Origin: a virus
Length of the DNA: 64,000 bases
Reading direction: 5' to 3' (one strand)
Virus record (IMG/VR): IMGVR_UViG_3300036832_001295
Location: 21,709 to 85,708 of that record
The notes beneath the pieces were generated by a model. The model worked only from the letters and a program-made list of their open reading frames with translations, was not told the origin of the DNA and did no database searches. Within the stretch, counting starts at the first letter, position 1. Every line of letters starts with the position of its first letter. Both the position numbers and the translations under genes were made by a program. This document shows positions 48,462-59,716 of this stretch, piece by piece.

Positions 48462-48553
48462 ATCGGGTCATACTCGCTGAGCTTGCGTCACTGCACTCTA
48501 TGCGCTAGTGTCACCGCCGTCAACTTCAACGCACACAGGAAGCGAGCCACCTG

Positions 48554-49930
48554 ATGCTCACCGTTACTACCCCCACCGGCTGGACCTACGAGGGGCCGGA
48601 CTACAGCGTCGGTATCTTCGGCGGCGGCTGGATCCACGAGGACTGCCCGGTCGATACCGAGGACGAGGTCAACGTCACCGAGGAACCGATCAAGAGCGAG
48701 CACCACGGTGTCGGCGCGGCGCGCAGCATCCGCACCACCTACCAGCTGACCTGTTCGGCTTGCGGGCAGTCCACCGAGGTAGCCGACGAGGACTGGGACC
48801 CGGAGCCGGGTTCGATGGACGAAGACTGGTGAAACGCCCGATCGGGCCCGGTACCCGGGTCGTCTACTACTTCTGGAACGAGGTCACCGCGACCAGGTTC
48901 GGCCGTGACCAGGACAATCCGTTCGTGCATACCGGCACCGTCACCTACGTGGCCCGCGGCAAGGCGCGGGTGCAGTGGGACGACCAGCCCGAACCGACCC
49001 TGGTGCCGGTCCGCGAGCTTCACCGGGCCAACCACCTGGGCGAAGGCATCACCTTCCGGGCCGAGGACAACCGCGACTACCGCGGCTACACCAACCAGGA
49101 CTGGCAGACCTACCACAACATGCCGACGATCCGACGCAAGCTGAGCTTCCGCCAGTATCTACGTCGACACCGGGAGCACCGGCTGCGCTACGACGAACCG
49201 ATGCACGCGCAGGCCCGGCTGCGGATCAGGGCCGAGCAGTACCGCCTCGACAAGCAACCGAGAGGAACCCGCTGATGGCCCTGCTGCTGATGTTCGTCGT
49301 GCTGGTGATCGTGACCGCCGCGGTTACGGTGATCGTGGCCCGGCATGCCCGGTGGGCCCGGGAGGCCCCGGCGGACGAGGAGTGGATCAACATCCTGAAG
49401 AGTTGGAACCAGAGGTTCAAGCAGGACGGCAGATGAGTTCCCCGCTCGATAGGTTGGCTGAGTTCATCGCCCGGGCCACCGTGGACTACCGCAAGGGACC
49501 GGAGGTGGACTCCCGGCAGATCGGCAACATGCGGGCCGTCGAGATCTTCGACATGCCTGCGGCCGAGCAGGCACCTCCTTCGGCTGTCGATGTCGGCTTT
49601 GTACTGGTCGGCTTCACCGAGCACGCCGCCGATCAGGAGGGCTTCGGCAAGCTGCTCGCGGCAGCGGTTACCGGGCCCGGTGCCTATCACACGTTCGCGC
49701 CCGGGGAGTTCCTGGGCGGGCCGTCCTACATCACTGCCGGTGCCTGGATCGGCAGCCAGGATCTCGCGCTGCGGCTCTATGCACTGTTGGAGCACTACGA
49801 ATTGGCGCAGGTGGTTACGCCTGCCCGGCTCGTGGACGGGATCGAGGAGGAGAAGGCCCGGGAAATGATGGGTCGGGGTTTCGTGATGTTCGCGCCTACC
49901 CCCAAGTTGAAAGAGTTACTCACAACCTAG
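48554..49930 (+). CDS. Four small genes (48554-48832, 48829-49275, 49275-49436 TM, 49433-49930)
   Basis: Overlapping start/stop codons. Confidence 0.65.
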
Positions 49931-49938
49931 TGCAGCAC

Positions 49939-49967
49939 TTGCACGTTAGCATTTCCCAGTGTAGTGT
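49939..49967 (+). promoter_or_regulatory. SigA-type promoter
   Basis: TTGCAC-17 nt-TAGTGT, then a TACT-rich leader and GGAG RBS. Confidence 0.65.
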
Positions 49968-50005
49968 TTACTGCACAAGCTACTTACTGATACGGAGCCA
50001 TCACA

Positions 50006-50698
50006 ATGAACACGACTGTCAAGCACCACTATCTCTCCGAGGGCCAGATCAAGCTGCTCACCGACATGGTGAACGAGCGCTTCGAAGCCGATGACGATGC
50101 GGGCCGCGCCCCGTTCCGCGCCGCCTGGTACGAGATCGACAACCGGGACGACTTCCAGCGGGTGCTGGACCGGCTGCACGCCATCCCGACGCTGGCCCGC
50201 CGCCAGGTCGAGGCCACCCGGCGCGACCGCCCGACCCCGGTCCGTGAACCCGGCTACTACCGCAACCCGGCCGACGGCACCCTGTACCGGATCGTGGAGC
50301 ACACCGACACCCCGAAATGGGGCAAGCCCAAGAAGGTGCTCAAAGTCGCGGTGTACTCCAAGACCGGCGGACCGCGCCGCCTGGACGTGAGCGGCAACCT
50401 GGTCAAGGGCCGCTGGCTGGACATGCGCAAGGCCGAGGGCATCCGGCTGCGCTGCGAGGTCATCCAGGCTGACTGGAAGATTGACGAGGCCGGGCTGTTG
50501 GAGTTCGCCTACGGCTTCTGCCCGCTGCACGGCGGCGGACTGACCGACGGCGTCTCGGTGGCCCTGGGCTACGGCCCGACCTGCGCGAAGAAGCATGGCC
50601 TGCCGTGGAACGAGGCCGCCGCCCGTGAGGTACTGATCGCCCAGGGCATCAATCCGGACGAGTTCCTGTCCCTGCTAGCCGGTCCGGCCGAGGGGTGA
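50006..50698 (+). CDS. DUF6011-like Zn-binding domain protein
   Basis: C-terminal C...LTDGVSVALGYGPTCAK. Confidence 0.7.
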   Translation: MNTTVKHHYLSEGQIKLLTDMVNERFEADDDAGRAPFRAAWYEIDNRDDFQRVLDRLHAIPTLARRQVEATRRDRPTPVREPGYYRNPADGTLYRIVEHTDTPKWGKPKKVLKVAVYSKTGGPRRLDVSGNLVKGRWLDMRKAEGIRLRCEVIQADWKIDEAGLLEFAYGFCPLHGGGLTDGVSVALGYGPTCAKKHGLPWNEAAAREVLIAQGINPDEFLSLLAGPAEG

Positions 50699-50890
50699 GC
50701 GCGATGTCTGAGCCCACCCCCGGCGACTGCCGCAGCGAGACCGGGATCATCGTCGGGCTGGTCGACGGCATGATCGCCGCCTCCCGGGTGGTGGCCCGCT
50801 ATCTGCGCGAGAACGGTGCCCAGGCCGAGGAGATCCGTGAGGCGTTGGCCGACATCGCCGCCGACGAGGACATCGCCCTGGTGGTGGGCA

Positions 50891-51895
50891 GTGCCTGCCA
50901 CTGACGCCCTGGCGGTGCGCATGCAGGTCACCGAGCAGCTGGACAACACGTTGTTCCGCGGCCTGATCGACTACTACGCATCGGCCCAGCATGAGGACAA
51001 CCCAGGCAAGTGGCCGCGGGCTGCGCAGCAGTTCAACGCCGCCTCCTTCGACCGGGCGCTGCGCGGGGCTGAGACGTTCTATCTCGCCCCGGACATGCAA
51101 CTGCTGGCGATGCTGGCCGCCGAGGACTTCCCGCTCGATGAGGTGATCGTCAAGCAGGATCTGCCTGCCGAGGTGGGCTTCCTGTACCTGCCGTCGAGGT
51201 TCCGGCAGATCGAGCTACGCGGCCGGTTGATGATCATTCATGCGGTGCTGTGGGCCGGTAGCCAGTTCTGGTGCCTGACCGACCGCTACGACCCGGACGA
51301 TGAGATCTCGGCCTCGTTGCGGGAGACCGAGGGCAAGACCTCGATCCCGATCGCCCAGGTGGGCCGCTGGGATGTGAACCTGACCGGCGGCTTCCACTTC
51401 GGGGAGCCGATCCCGCAGACCATCCAGTTCCCGCAGGGGGTGCTGCCGCCGGATGCGACGGTGTCCTGGACGATGCAGGAGGGCCGTCAGACGCTGGTCA
51501 GCGACCATGCGATCGGGGTGGCCCCGACGATGGCCCCGATGCCGGTGATGCGGCTGCTGCTGGCGACCTGGCGGTTGATGCAGCAGACCTTGGCCGAGGT
51601 GAGCACCACCGAGGACCATCCGCGGGCATTTAGGCGGCGGGCGGTGCGGCACCAGGTGCCGTCCCGGGTGGTGGTGATCGCGTTGCGGCGGCGTAAGTCG
51701 CATGCCACCGGCACCGGTCCGGTGTTGACTTACCGGACGATGACCCGCGGGCATTGGAAGAACGTCTGGGTGGGACCGCTGGATGGCGGGCCGGACGTGC
51801 GGTACACGCGCCGGATCTACGTGCACGAGTACATCCGGGGTCCCGAAGGTGCCCCACTGATCATCCGCAACCGGGTCAATGCCCTCATCCGTTGA
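50891..51895 (+). CDS. Conserved phage hypothetical protein
   Basis: C-terminal RGHWKNVW.GP...IYVHEYIRGPEGAP motif; follows small ORF 50695-50904; start uncertain. Confidence 0.7.
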   Translation: MPATDALAVRMQVTEQLDNTLFRGLIDYYASAQHEDNPGKWPRAAQQFNAASFDRALRGAETFYLAPDMQLLAMLAAEDFPLDEVIVKQDLPAEVGFLYLPSRFRQIELRGRLMIIHAVLWAGSQFWCLTDRYDPDDEISASLRETEGKTSIPIAQVGRWDVNLTGGFHFGEPIPQTIQFPQGVLPPDATVSWTMQEGRQTLVSDHAIGVAPTMAPMPVMRLLLATWRLMQQTLAEVSTTEDHPRAFRRRAVRHQVPSRVVVIALRRRKSHATGTGPVLTYRTMTRGHWKNVWVGPLDGGPDVRYTRRIYVHEYIRGPEGAPLIIRNRVNALIR

Positions 51896-51905
51896 CCATC
51901 AGGAT

Positions 51906-51934
51906 TTGACAACCCAGGCTCAGACCATCATACT
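51906..51934 (+). promoter_or_regulatory. SigA-type promoter
   Basis: TTGACA-17 nt-CATACT upstream of GGAG/ATG 51975. Confidence 0.65.
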
Positions 51935-51974
51935 TGAATAGTCAGATTACGACCTTACTGAAACGGAGCTACCC

Positions 51975-52943
51975 ATGGCAAACAAGCGCACCGACAACAC
52001 CAACCTCTACCAGCCCACCGGCATCTTCCTCGACCTGACCGAGACCTATCCCAGCGAGTCGGCCCACCAGGTCTACCTGGACTGCAAGACCACCTCGGTG
52101 AACGTGCTGACCATCGAGCCGCGACCGGGCACGCTGCTCAATGCCACCTCGATGGACAAGCTGCGTGAGGAGTACGCCGCCCAGCTGGGCGAGTACCAGG
52201 CCGAACGGGAGGCCCGCCGGGTCAAGAAGGAGCAGCAGCAGGCCAAGTCCAATCAGGTACCGGTCTCGCTGGTCACGCTGGATATCGACCTGGGCACCGC
52301 CGAAGACGACTACCTGATCATTGGCCAGCACGCGACCAGCAAGACACCGCTGCTGCGCACCTTGGAGGGCAAACCGGCCAGGCTCACCCCGGACCAGCTG
52401 CGACGCAGCTACGTGCTGGACCGCCTCGATGCCACCGCCTGGATCCAGTGGCGCAACCTCAAAGCCGCCCGACAGGCTGCCATCACCGAGTTCAAGGCAC
52501 TCAACGAACGACGCCCGGAGACGATGCGGGCCCGGTTGATCCCCGGCCAGCAGTTCCGGATCAGCCATGGCTACGGCAGCAGCAGACATGTCCAGTCCGA
52601 TGACGTGACGGTGGACTGGTCCTTCGACCCGACCACCGAGACCTTCAGCACGGACTACCACGAGCGGCAGCTGACCGCCGACAACCTAGACGACCTGGGC
52701 GAAGCCCTGCTCGCGGCCTGTCACCCGGACAACGGTCAACCCGCGCTGATCGTCACCACCTTGGCCGACGGGTCACTCAGCTTCGAGCGGGGCATCTTCC
52801 AGTACCAGGGCCGCTGGGCTGGGACACGCACCACGTTCTACCTGAACACCAGCCAGGCCGAGTACGAGACGCTGTCCGCCGCCCGGGAGCAGGCCGAGAC
52901 CGCAGTAGAGATGTTCCTCGCCGAGCACAAGCTGGCAGGTTGA
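51975..52943 (+). CDS. Hypothetical protein
   Basis: 322 aa, good RBS and codon usage. Confidence 0.75.
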   Translation: MANKRTDNTNLYQPTGIFLDLTETYPSESAHQVYLDCKTTSVNVLTIEPRPGTLLNATSMDKLREEYAAQLGEYQAEREARRVKKEQQQAKSNQVPVSLVTLDIDLGTAEDDYLIIGQHATSKTPLLRTLEGKPARLTPDQLRRSYVLDRLDATAWIQWRNLKAARQAAITEFKALNERRPETMRARLIPGQQFRISHGYGSSRHVQSDDVTVDWSFDPTTETFSTDYHERQLTADNLDDLGEALLAACHPDNGQPALIVTTLADGSLSFERGIFQYQGRWAGTRTTFYLNTSQAEYETLSAAREQAETAVEMFLAEHKLAG

Positions 52944-53861
52944 GATGCGCACCTTGCCGCCGTCACCGTTGGCCTCCGGGCTGTCCCGGGGCAGGCCGAC
53001 CCCGCCGCCGCGGGTCTCCCAGCTGACCTTATGGTGGCAGCGGGTAAGACAGGCGTGGAAACCGCTTTAGACAACCCAAGTGGAGACTCACTTGATAGGT
53101 AGACTCCGTTCCAGCACACTGGGGCGGTACTGAGGTGGCCTGACAACCCACCTCACCAAGGTAAGGATGTCGGGGCCGGTTCCACGGGCTGGGTGGCTCC
53201 CCCGTAAATCGGCACCGCATAGCGTTTGGCCCCGGCAGGGCTCTCGGGTGGCTCCGTCCCTGCCGGGGCCGATGCGTGTCCGGACATGGCAAGACCCCGG
53301 CCCGCCTGCACCGGGAACCGGGGTCTTGTCCTTACGATCTACCCAGATATCTGCCGATTGGTACGTTGAGCAGCCCGCTCAGGTGGTCGACCAATTCCCG
53401 GCGTTCGCTTAGCCAGGCTTCGAAGCAGTCCATGCACACCCACCATGTCTTGGCGGATGAACCGGGCGGTGGGTTGATGCCGACCACGGCCAGCCCGTGT
53501 TCGGGGTTGTTGGCGCATGGATCGCGATAACCCATTTGCCCTTCTTACACTGGGCTTGGCCGACCCGGCAGGGAGTCGGCCAGACCCCCTACCGGGCCTT
53601 GTGGCATCCGTTGCAGCATCACCGGGGTGCCACTACAGGCCCGCAGCGGGATGCTGCGCCGCAGGCCCACCCCGGCAGATTAGTCCGGCTCGCCCCGGCA
53701 ACGACGGTGGTAACGAGCCAGCACCCGGGCGGCTTCCGGGGCGTCCAGCAGCCGCGCCTGGGTGTCTTCGGTGAGCAGCGCGCTGCCATCTGGGTAGAAC
53801 ACCAGCTGGATACGGACCGGCTCGTCAGGACCGGGTTCGGTCCAGTAGTAGGCCTCTATGC

Positions 53862-54020
53862 CTAATACCAATATCTCCTGCCGCCGACCGGTCGGTTGTA
53901 CATCCCACCGGAAACCAGCAGGACCGCACCGAGGATGGCAAGAATCAACCCGATGATCCATAGTATCTGGATACCGAAGAGCAACCCGATAAGCAGAAGC
54001 ACCACGCCTAGTATCAACAT
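53862..54020 (-). CDS. Small actinobacterial membrane protein (DUF6131-like), lower GC, not in the ORF track
   Basis: MLILGVVLLLIGLLFGIQILWIIGLILAILGAVLLVSGGMYNRPVGGRRYWY, translated by hand. Confidence 0.7.
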   Translation of the reverse strand: MLILGVVLLLIGLLFGIQILWIIGLILAILGAVLLVSGGMYNRPVGGRRYWY

Positions 54021-54200
54021 GCGGGAATGTTTCCCTTGTCGTCATTGAGTCCTAACTCCACTTGAAACGGTGTCACATGAAACGTCTCTCGCCGGACGCG
54101 GCCTGCCACCGGGTGGTCATCACCCAGATACCGGGAATACCTACAGCGGCGTCCACTCCCGTGCGATGCTCTGCCCATCCTGACCAGTAACGGAGGAACC

Positions 54201-54569
54201 ATGACCGATCCTGCTGCCAACCAACCGATCATCAACCAGGACGCGTTGCAGGCCAAGCTGGACCAGTTGCAGCAGGCCGCCTCGGCAGCCATCGACCAGT
54301 TGCAGCAGGCCGCCGGACAGCTGCGTGAGCACCTGCAAGGCGACGCCGACGCGCTGCGCCAGGCCGCCGATCAGGTCGCCGCCAGCATCGAGGCCGCGGT
54401 GAACAACCTGATCGCGCAGGTGTCCGACCAGGGTGGTGCAGCGACACCGCAGGCTGCCGCGGCTCCGGCCGACCCGGCCACCGCTGCGGCACCGGCTGAC
54501 CCCGCCGCGGCCCCGGCACCGGCCACCCCTACCCCGAACGCGGACCCGGACGCGCCACCCGCAGGCTAA
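54201..54569 (+). CDS. Ala/Gln-rich helical protein with a Pro/Ala tail
   Basis: GGAGG RBS; duplicated DQLQQAA. Confidence 0.7.
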   Translation: MTDPAANQPIINQDALQAKLDQLQQAASAAIDQLQQAAGQLREHLQGDADALRQAADQVAASIEAAVNNLIAQVSDQGGAATPQAAAAPADPATAAAPADPAAAPAPATPTPNADPDAPPAG

Positions 54570-55245
54570 GTCTGTTCGACCTGCTCAGGCTGCGGCTCAG
54601 CCTGCTGCGGTGGCTCAGCTGGCGGCTCAGCCTCGTCCTGGACCATCTCCCGCAGGTCGGCGTTGTAACGCCGTGCGGCCCGCGAGGCCGTCTCCTGGTT
54701 CGGGAACAGGATCGGTGATTCGGCGACCACCTTGTTCTGGGTGTCCCGCCGCTTCCAATGCCAGTCCTCGCCCTGCTGCACGATCTCGATGTGGTCGGTC
54801 TTGTCTCTCATGGCCGACCAGGATAGGTCAGTCCACCACGGGGATGTTCTCGGCGACCTTGCTGAGAGCTTGTTCGATCGCATACAAGCCCGGTGCCACG
54901 TCCCGGAACATCTCGGTGAGCCCCTGGATGGCATGGGCGATGGCGAACAAGCCGTCGACCATGTTGACGGCCTCCAAGTTGCCACCTTCGTTGTCGAAGC
55001 TGGTCAGGTTCCGGTTCAGTGCTTCGGCGATCTCGTCGTCATCATCGGTCATCGGTCCACCTCTCCGGGCGGCGGTACATGGACTGGCCCACCTCGGTGA
55101 GCCGGTGTTCGGCCAGCAGCTTGTCCAATGCGGGTCGGGCCCGGTCCGGGTCCCAACCCAGTGACGCGGCCACCCGCAGCACCGAGGTGGTCTGCCCGGG
55201 GGCCAACCAGTTCCACAGCGCCGCGGCGTCCTCGGTGACGCTCAT
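54566..55245 (-). CDS. Three small genes (55042-55245 wHTH-like, 54828-55052, 54566-54811 DUF1508/YegP-like)
   Basis: WHWKRRDTQNKVVAES pattern; coupled ORFs. Confidence 0.6.
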
Positions 55246-56015
55246 GCCGGGGTCTTCTTGGCGGTCTTCTTGGGCAGCGGACTCACGTCGAAACCCGCCT
55301 CGACCAGGAAGTGGTCGGTGTGCAACTTGAACTGGCTGTCGTTCTTGGCGTGGATGTAGTTGGCCTTGACCCGACCGTCCTTGTTGTAGGAGGCGATCAC
55401 GTCGATCGTCTCCCGGCCAGGGTGAGTCGGCTCGTAGTGCTTCAACTCATCCCAGGCGCTGGTGAGCGGGTGGCCGTAGAAGGTATCCGTGTTCTCGTCC
55501 TTCAGGTTCTGGTCGCCGCCGTAGAAGACCAGCCCGGTGCCCTTGCCGTACTGTTCGGCGGCGTTGGAGAGCGCGGCGGCCAGCTTCGGATTCTGCTTCG
55601 CACCGGGCGCGTTCGGGTGTCTCGGCCCCGACAAGTTGTAGTGGCAGGCCAGCACGGTGACCCGGCCCAGGTCGGTGTCGAAGGAGACCCGCAGCACCCC
55701 GCGGGTCGGGTAGGAGCCTGCCTTGCCCTTGATGACCTCGGTGAAGTCGGAGTCGAACTTGGTGGCCCGCGCCGGGTCGACCGCGATCCACACGTCACCG
55801 CCGCGGTGGAAGTAGCGGTAGCCGTGCGCCTCCGCCTCCTGCTTGAAGTTGCGGGAGTCCTCCGGCTGGTTGGCTTCGGTGCCGGTCACCCACCACACCT
55901 GGCGGATCCGGGCCCGCTCGAACAGCTTGCGAGAATCGGCCAGCTGCTGCGCCGTGGTGTCGGAGTACTGCATGGACTGGTGCATCACGTCGACCCGTAC
56001 CGCCTTCGTCGCCAT
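55242..56015 (-). CDS. Endonuclease/exonuclease/phosphatase (EEP) family protein
   Basis: TGTEA, LACH, GGDQN, IDVI and TDHFLV motifs. Confidence 0.75.
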   Translation of the reverse strand: MATKAVRVDVMHQSMQYSDTTAQQLADSRKLFERARIRQVWWVTGTEANQPEDSRNFKQEAEAHGYRYFHRGGDVWIAVDPARATKFDSDFTEVIKGKAGSYPTRGVLRVSFDTDLGRVTVLACHYNLSGPRHPNAPGAKQNPKLAAALSNAAEQYGKGTGLVFYGGDQNLKDENTDTFYGHPLTSAWDELKHYEPTHPGRETIDVIASYNKDGRVKANYIHAKNDSQFKLHTDHFLVEAGFDVSPLPKKTAKKTPA

Positions 56016-56039
56016 CTCGTTCCTCCTTAGTTGGTGGGT

Positions 56040-59000
56040 TCAGACATGACCGGCCACCCGGCGGCGGACCGCCTGCAACAGCACCGGGTCGAGGCCGAGC
56101 GACTCGGCCCAGATCGTCTGCCCGGCCGGGTCGTTCACGTACTCGGAATCGGGGAAGGCACCGAGCCGCCGGTCACAGTCGGCACAGCGGGCCTGCATCT
56201 CATAGCGGGACGGGTCGTAGACCAACGCGAGGGTGCGGTGCGCACAGGACGGCTCATTCATCGCGGACCTGCGCCCAGATCTGGTCGGCCAACCCCTCGC
56301 CGATGACCTCGGCCAGGAAGCACTTGGCGTGGTAGTAGACGAACCAGGGCGCACCCAACGCGGTCAGCCGGACCCCCTGGTCGTCCCCGTGCAGCAGTCG
56401 GCCGCAGTGCGTGCAGAAGCTCTCCCGCGGGTTCTCGATGCGCAGCCGGGGGTCCGCACAGACCGGCGCGGGGGTCTTGGCGGAGGGCCAGGGCGCACCG
56501 AACCAGTACACGGTGCCGTCCCCGGTCATCAGTAGCGCGCCCCCTGCCGCTTCTCCCAGCCCGCACAGTCGCGGCAGACGTCCCAGACGGTGCCCGGTGC
56601 GTCGCTGACCGGCTCCATCTCGGTCTTGGGCTTGTCCGCCCAGCAGATCTGACAGATGACCCGGCCGGTCATCCGGGTGTGCTCGATGGAGATGCGCGGG
56701 TCCATGGTCAGTCGTCCACCGAACCGACCTTCAGCCCCAGCATGATCATGGCGTGCTGGCCCCGCTCTACCTTCATCGGCTGGTCCAGGTGGCCGCCCTG
56801 CGCGATCCCCCGACCGTCCTCGCCGAAGATCGTCATCGGGCCGGACAGGGTGCGGCGATCGGCCATCGGGCCCTCGGCCTTGATCATGACCTGGCTGTTC
56901 CGCAGGCAGATCTCGGTGATGGTGAGCGTGACACCGTCGCAGACCACCGTGCCTTTGAAGTGCGAGGCCATCTCAGCCCCCGCCTAAATCGGGCCGCCAC
57001 CAGTCGGGCAGTTCGCCGACCAGTGCCTTCTCCACGATCCGGTAGCGGGCCCGCATCTCCGGCTCGGCCATCTCGTCCACCTCGATCCGGCCGTCGCGGC
57101 GGTCGTAGCAGCGAAAGCGCAGCAACGGGGTGTCGCACACGTCGTAGCCGATGCAGGCCACGTCGTGGCGGCTGACGCCGTGCCGCTCGCACAGTGCGGC
57201 CAACTCGTTCATTGCTCGCTCGCTCAGGGTGATGATCGCCCAGGACGCGCTGATCCGGTCGGCGGTGACGATCATGGCAACTCGTAGGTGGGCCAGTGCG
57301 GTTGGACCGTGTCGCCTAACGCGCCACCCCAGCTTAGGCCTGGGTCACGCCACACCCGGCTCACCTTCTGCCGGTAGCGGCCCAGCAGGTAACGCTGCAC
57401 GATGGCGTTCATCCGGGTCTCGGCGCTCTGCCAGACGGCATTCTCCTCGTCCAGGGCGCGGCGCACCCGCTCGTCGGCAATGGACTCGGCCATGGCCCGC
57501 TCCCGGTTGCTCATGACTTGACCCGCAACGCATGACGCTGAGCCAGACGCCGGGACGGGATGGTGCGCAGACGCCAGAACCAGGCTCGCCAGCGCGGTCG
57601 CATGTGCAACACGATTCGCTTGCTCATGTCTCGTGCCCGCCCCGGTGCCCGGCGGGCAGTACGCAGCCGACGTCCGGGCACTCTATCCACTCACCACGGA
57701 AGCTGCGTCGGTCGTGCTCCTGCCAGGTCATCGTGGTGGCCGAACCAGGGAAGGCATAGTCGCGCAGCACTGCGTGGTGCGGATCGCCGAAGAGCGCCCA
57801 GTGTCGGTCGCCGTTTCCCTCGCAGTGCAGTTCGGTGTCGTTCGGGAAGGGCCGGATCTTGGCCTCGCAGCAGCTCACGGGAGCCGCACCCGACCGAGGA
57901 CCCAGCGCAGTCGCCGATGGGTCAGCCTGCGGTACACGTGCCAGGTCATGACTCGTCCTCGATGAAGTCGATGAAGACCTTGAATGTCGCCGGGCTCGGT
58001 GTCCGCCCAGCCGTCCAGGCGGTGCGCGTCGTGGCCGGTCAGCAGGTGGGCGCGGGCTAGCGCTTGCAGCACCTGGGTGCGGGACATCCCCGGCGTGGTG
58101 GCCAGTTCCTTGCTCTGCTCCGGGGACAGCCCGACGTAACGGTCGATGGCCGCGTTGCCCGCCGGGTTGGCGATGATCCGTACGCCGACCTCCAAGCTGA
58201 GGGTCTCGTCGCTGAGTTCGGTCACGACGTCTGCCCCCACCACGGGAGCAGGTAGCCCGCTTCGTTGACGGTCACCGGCACCGGCACGTCCCCCATCCAG
58301 CGGTCCAGATCAATGCCCTGATCCATAGCCAGCGAGTAGGCACACTCGCGCAGGTCGATACCCGAGTCCTTGCACTGCTGCGAGTGCAGGATGTAGACCG
58401 TCGCCTCGGCGCTGACCGCACGGGCGTAGTGCACGCTCGGATGTCGCGCCACGCCGACGATGGCTTCAATCCGGCCGGGGTCCACGAGCTTGCTCATGGC
58501 GGGTCCAGCACCTCGCGCAGCGCCTCGATGGGCACCGAGACGCACTCGATGCCGTCCTCCCAGCGGGTCCGGCAGGCCGTGTCCGGGCCGCCCGCGAACA
58601 GCGCCTCGATGGCGGCTAGCCTGAGGGCGAGCCTGTCTCGCTGGGCCGAAACAGTCTTGCGGACCTCGGTCGCAGCGATCTCGCGGATGTTGGCCAGTTT
58701 CCACTCCGGCCCCCATTGCTCGATGCCGAGCAACTCGCGCAGCTTGGCGTTCTCCGCCTCGGCCATCGCGAGCCGTTCCTCGGTGCTGATGGATCCAGAA
58801 GTCATGAGGCACCGTAGCGCTCGGACAGGTAGGGGTCCGGGCCGTGGTAGACGGGCCTGCGGTCCACCCAGGCGACTTCGCCCTGGATGGATAGCCGGGC
58901 CAGTTCCGGGTCGTCCGGGCACTCCTCGAAGCGCCGGGCGTGGATCTTGCAGCAGACCAGCAGGTGATGGTCTTCCCAGGCCTTGTCCAGATGCTTGCCG

Positions 59001-59155
59001 CCGCGTTCGGGTGGCAGCAGGTAGACGATCAGGTCACCCCAGCCGGGGCAACGCCGCCACCGCTCACTGACCTGGACGAAGACCTCGCACTGCCCGTCGG
59101 CGCGGTCCTTGGCCTGCTTGCGGGAACCGCGCAACACGCCTGATGCGGCGCTCAT
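56040..59155 (-). CDS. Run of small hypothetical genes (56040-56261, 56254-56529, 56708-56971, 56973-57275, 57272-57514, 57624-57878, 58222-58497, 58494-58805, 58802-59155 degenerate HNH-like)
   Basis: Tightly coupled minus-strand ORFs, several Cys/His rich; boundaries approximate. Confidence 0.55.
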
Positions 59156-59191
59156 CGTGACCACCTCCCGTTACTTCGGTGGCGCAGCTGC

Positions 59192-59716
59192 TCACTTCCG
59201 ATTGCGGGCGACCCCGGCCACCAACTCCGGATGGCTGCGGGAGACGTGCTGGCGGTAACCCATCTCGGAGACGGAGGCTTTGCCGCAGGTGCCGCAGACC
59301 GGTTTGCCGTCCTCGTCATGGGTGGCGGGCTGCGGCCAACTCGACGGGCGTTGCCCGGCAGGCTCGGGCTCGGGCTCGGGCGGCGGGGTGACTCCGTTCT
59401 TCTTGCTGTTCTTCCTGCCGTTCTCATGCATCATCGACTGGTGGGCCCGCCTGCCCTGGTAGGAGGCGAACGTCTTACCGCAGTCCGGGCAGATCTCGGA
59501 GCGTGCCGGACTGGTATTGGCCTTGACCACCACGCCGTACTCACGCAGGAACTCATCCAGCTGCGAGAGTGACACCTGGTCATGGTCGTTGCAGACGTCG
59601 ATCTCGAACGGCTTGCTGCCATCCACCGTGATGGTCAGGCTGGTGTCCGCCTCGGTGTGCGTGTCGTTGGCCCAGCAGATGCTGCAATAGGCGACGATGA
59701 TGACCTGGCGGACCAT
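59192..59716 (-). CDS. Lsr2-like dimerisation domain fused to two C2H2 Zn fingers
   Basis: MVRQVII...ADTSLTITVDG..FEIDVC; CPDCGKTF...H...H; CGTCGK...H...H. Confidence 0.65.
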   Translation of the reverse strand: MVRQVIIVAYCSICWANDTHTEADTSLTITVDGSKPFEIDVCNDHDQVSLSQLDEFLREYGVVVKANTSPARSEICPDCGKTFASYQGRRAHQSMMHENGRKNSKKNGVTPPPEPEPEPAGQRPSSWPQPATHDEDGKPVCGTCGKASVSEMGYRQHVSRSHPELVAGVARNRK

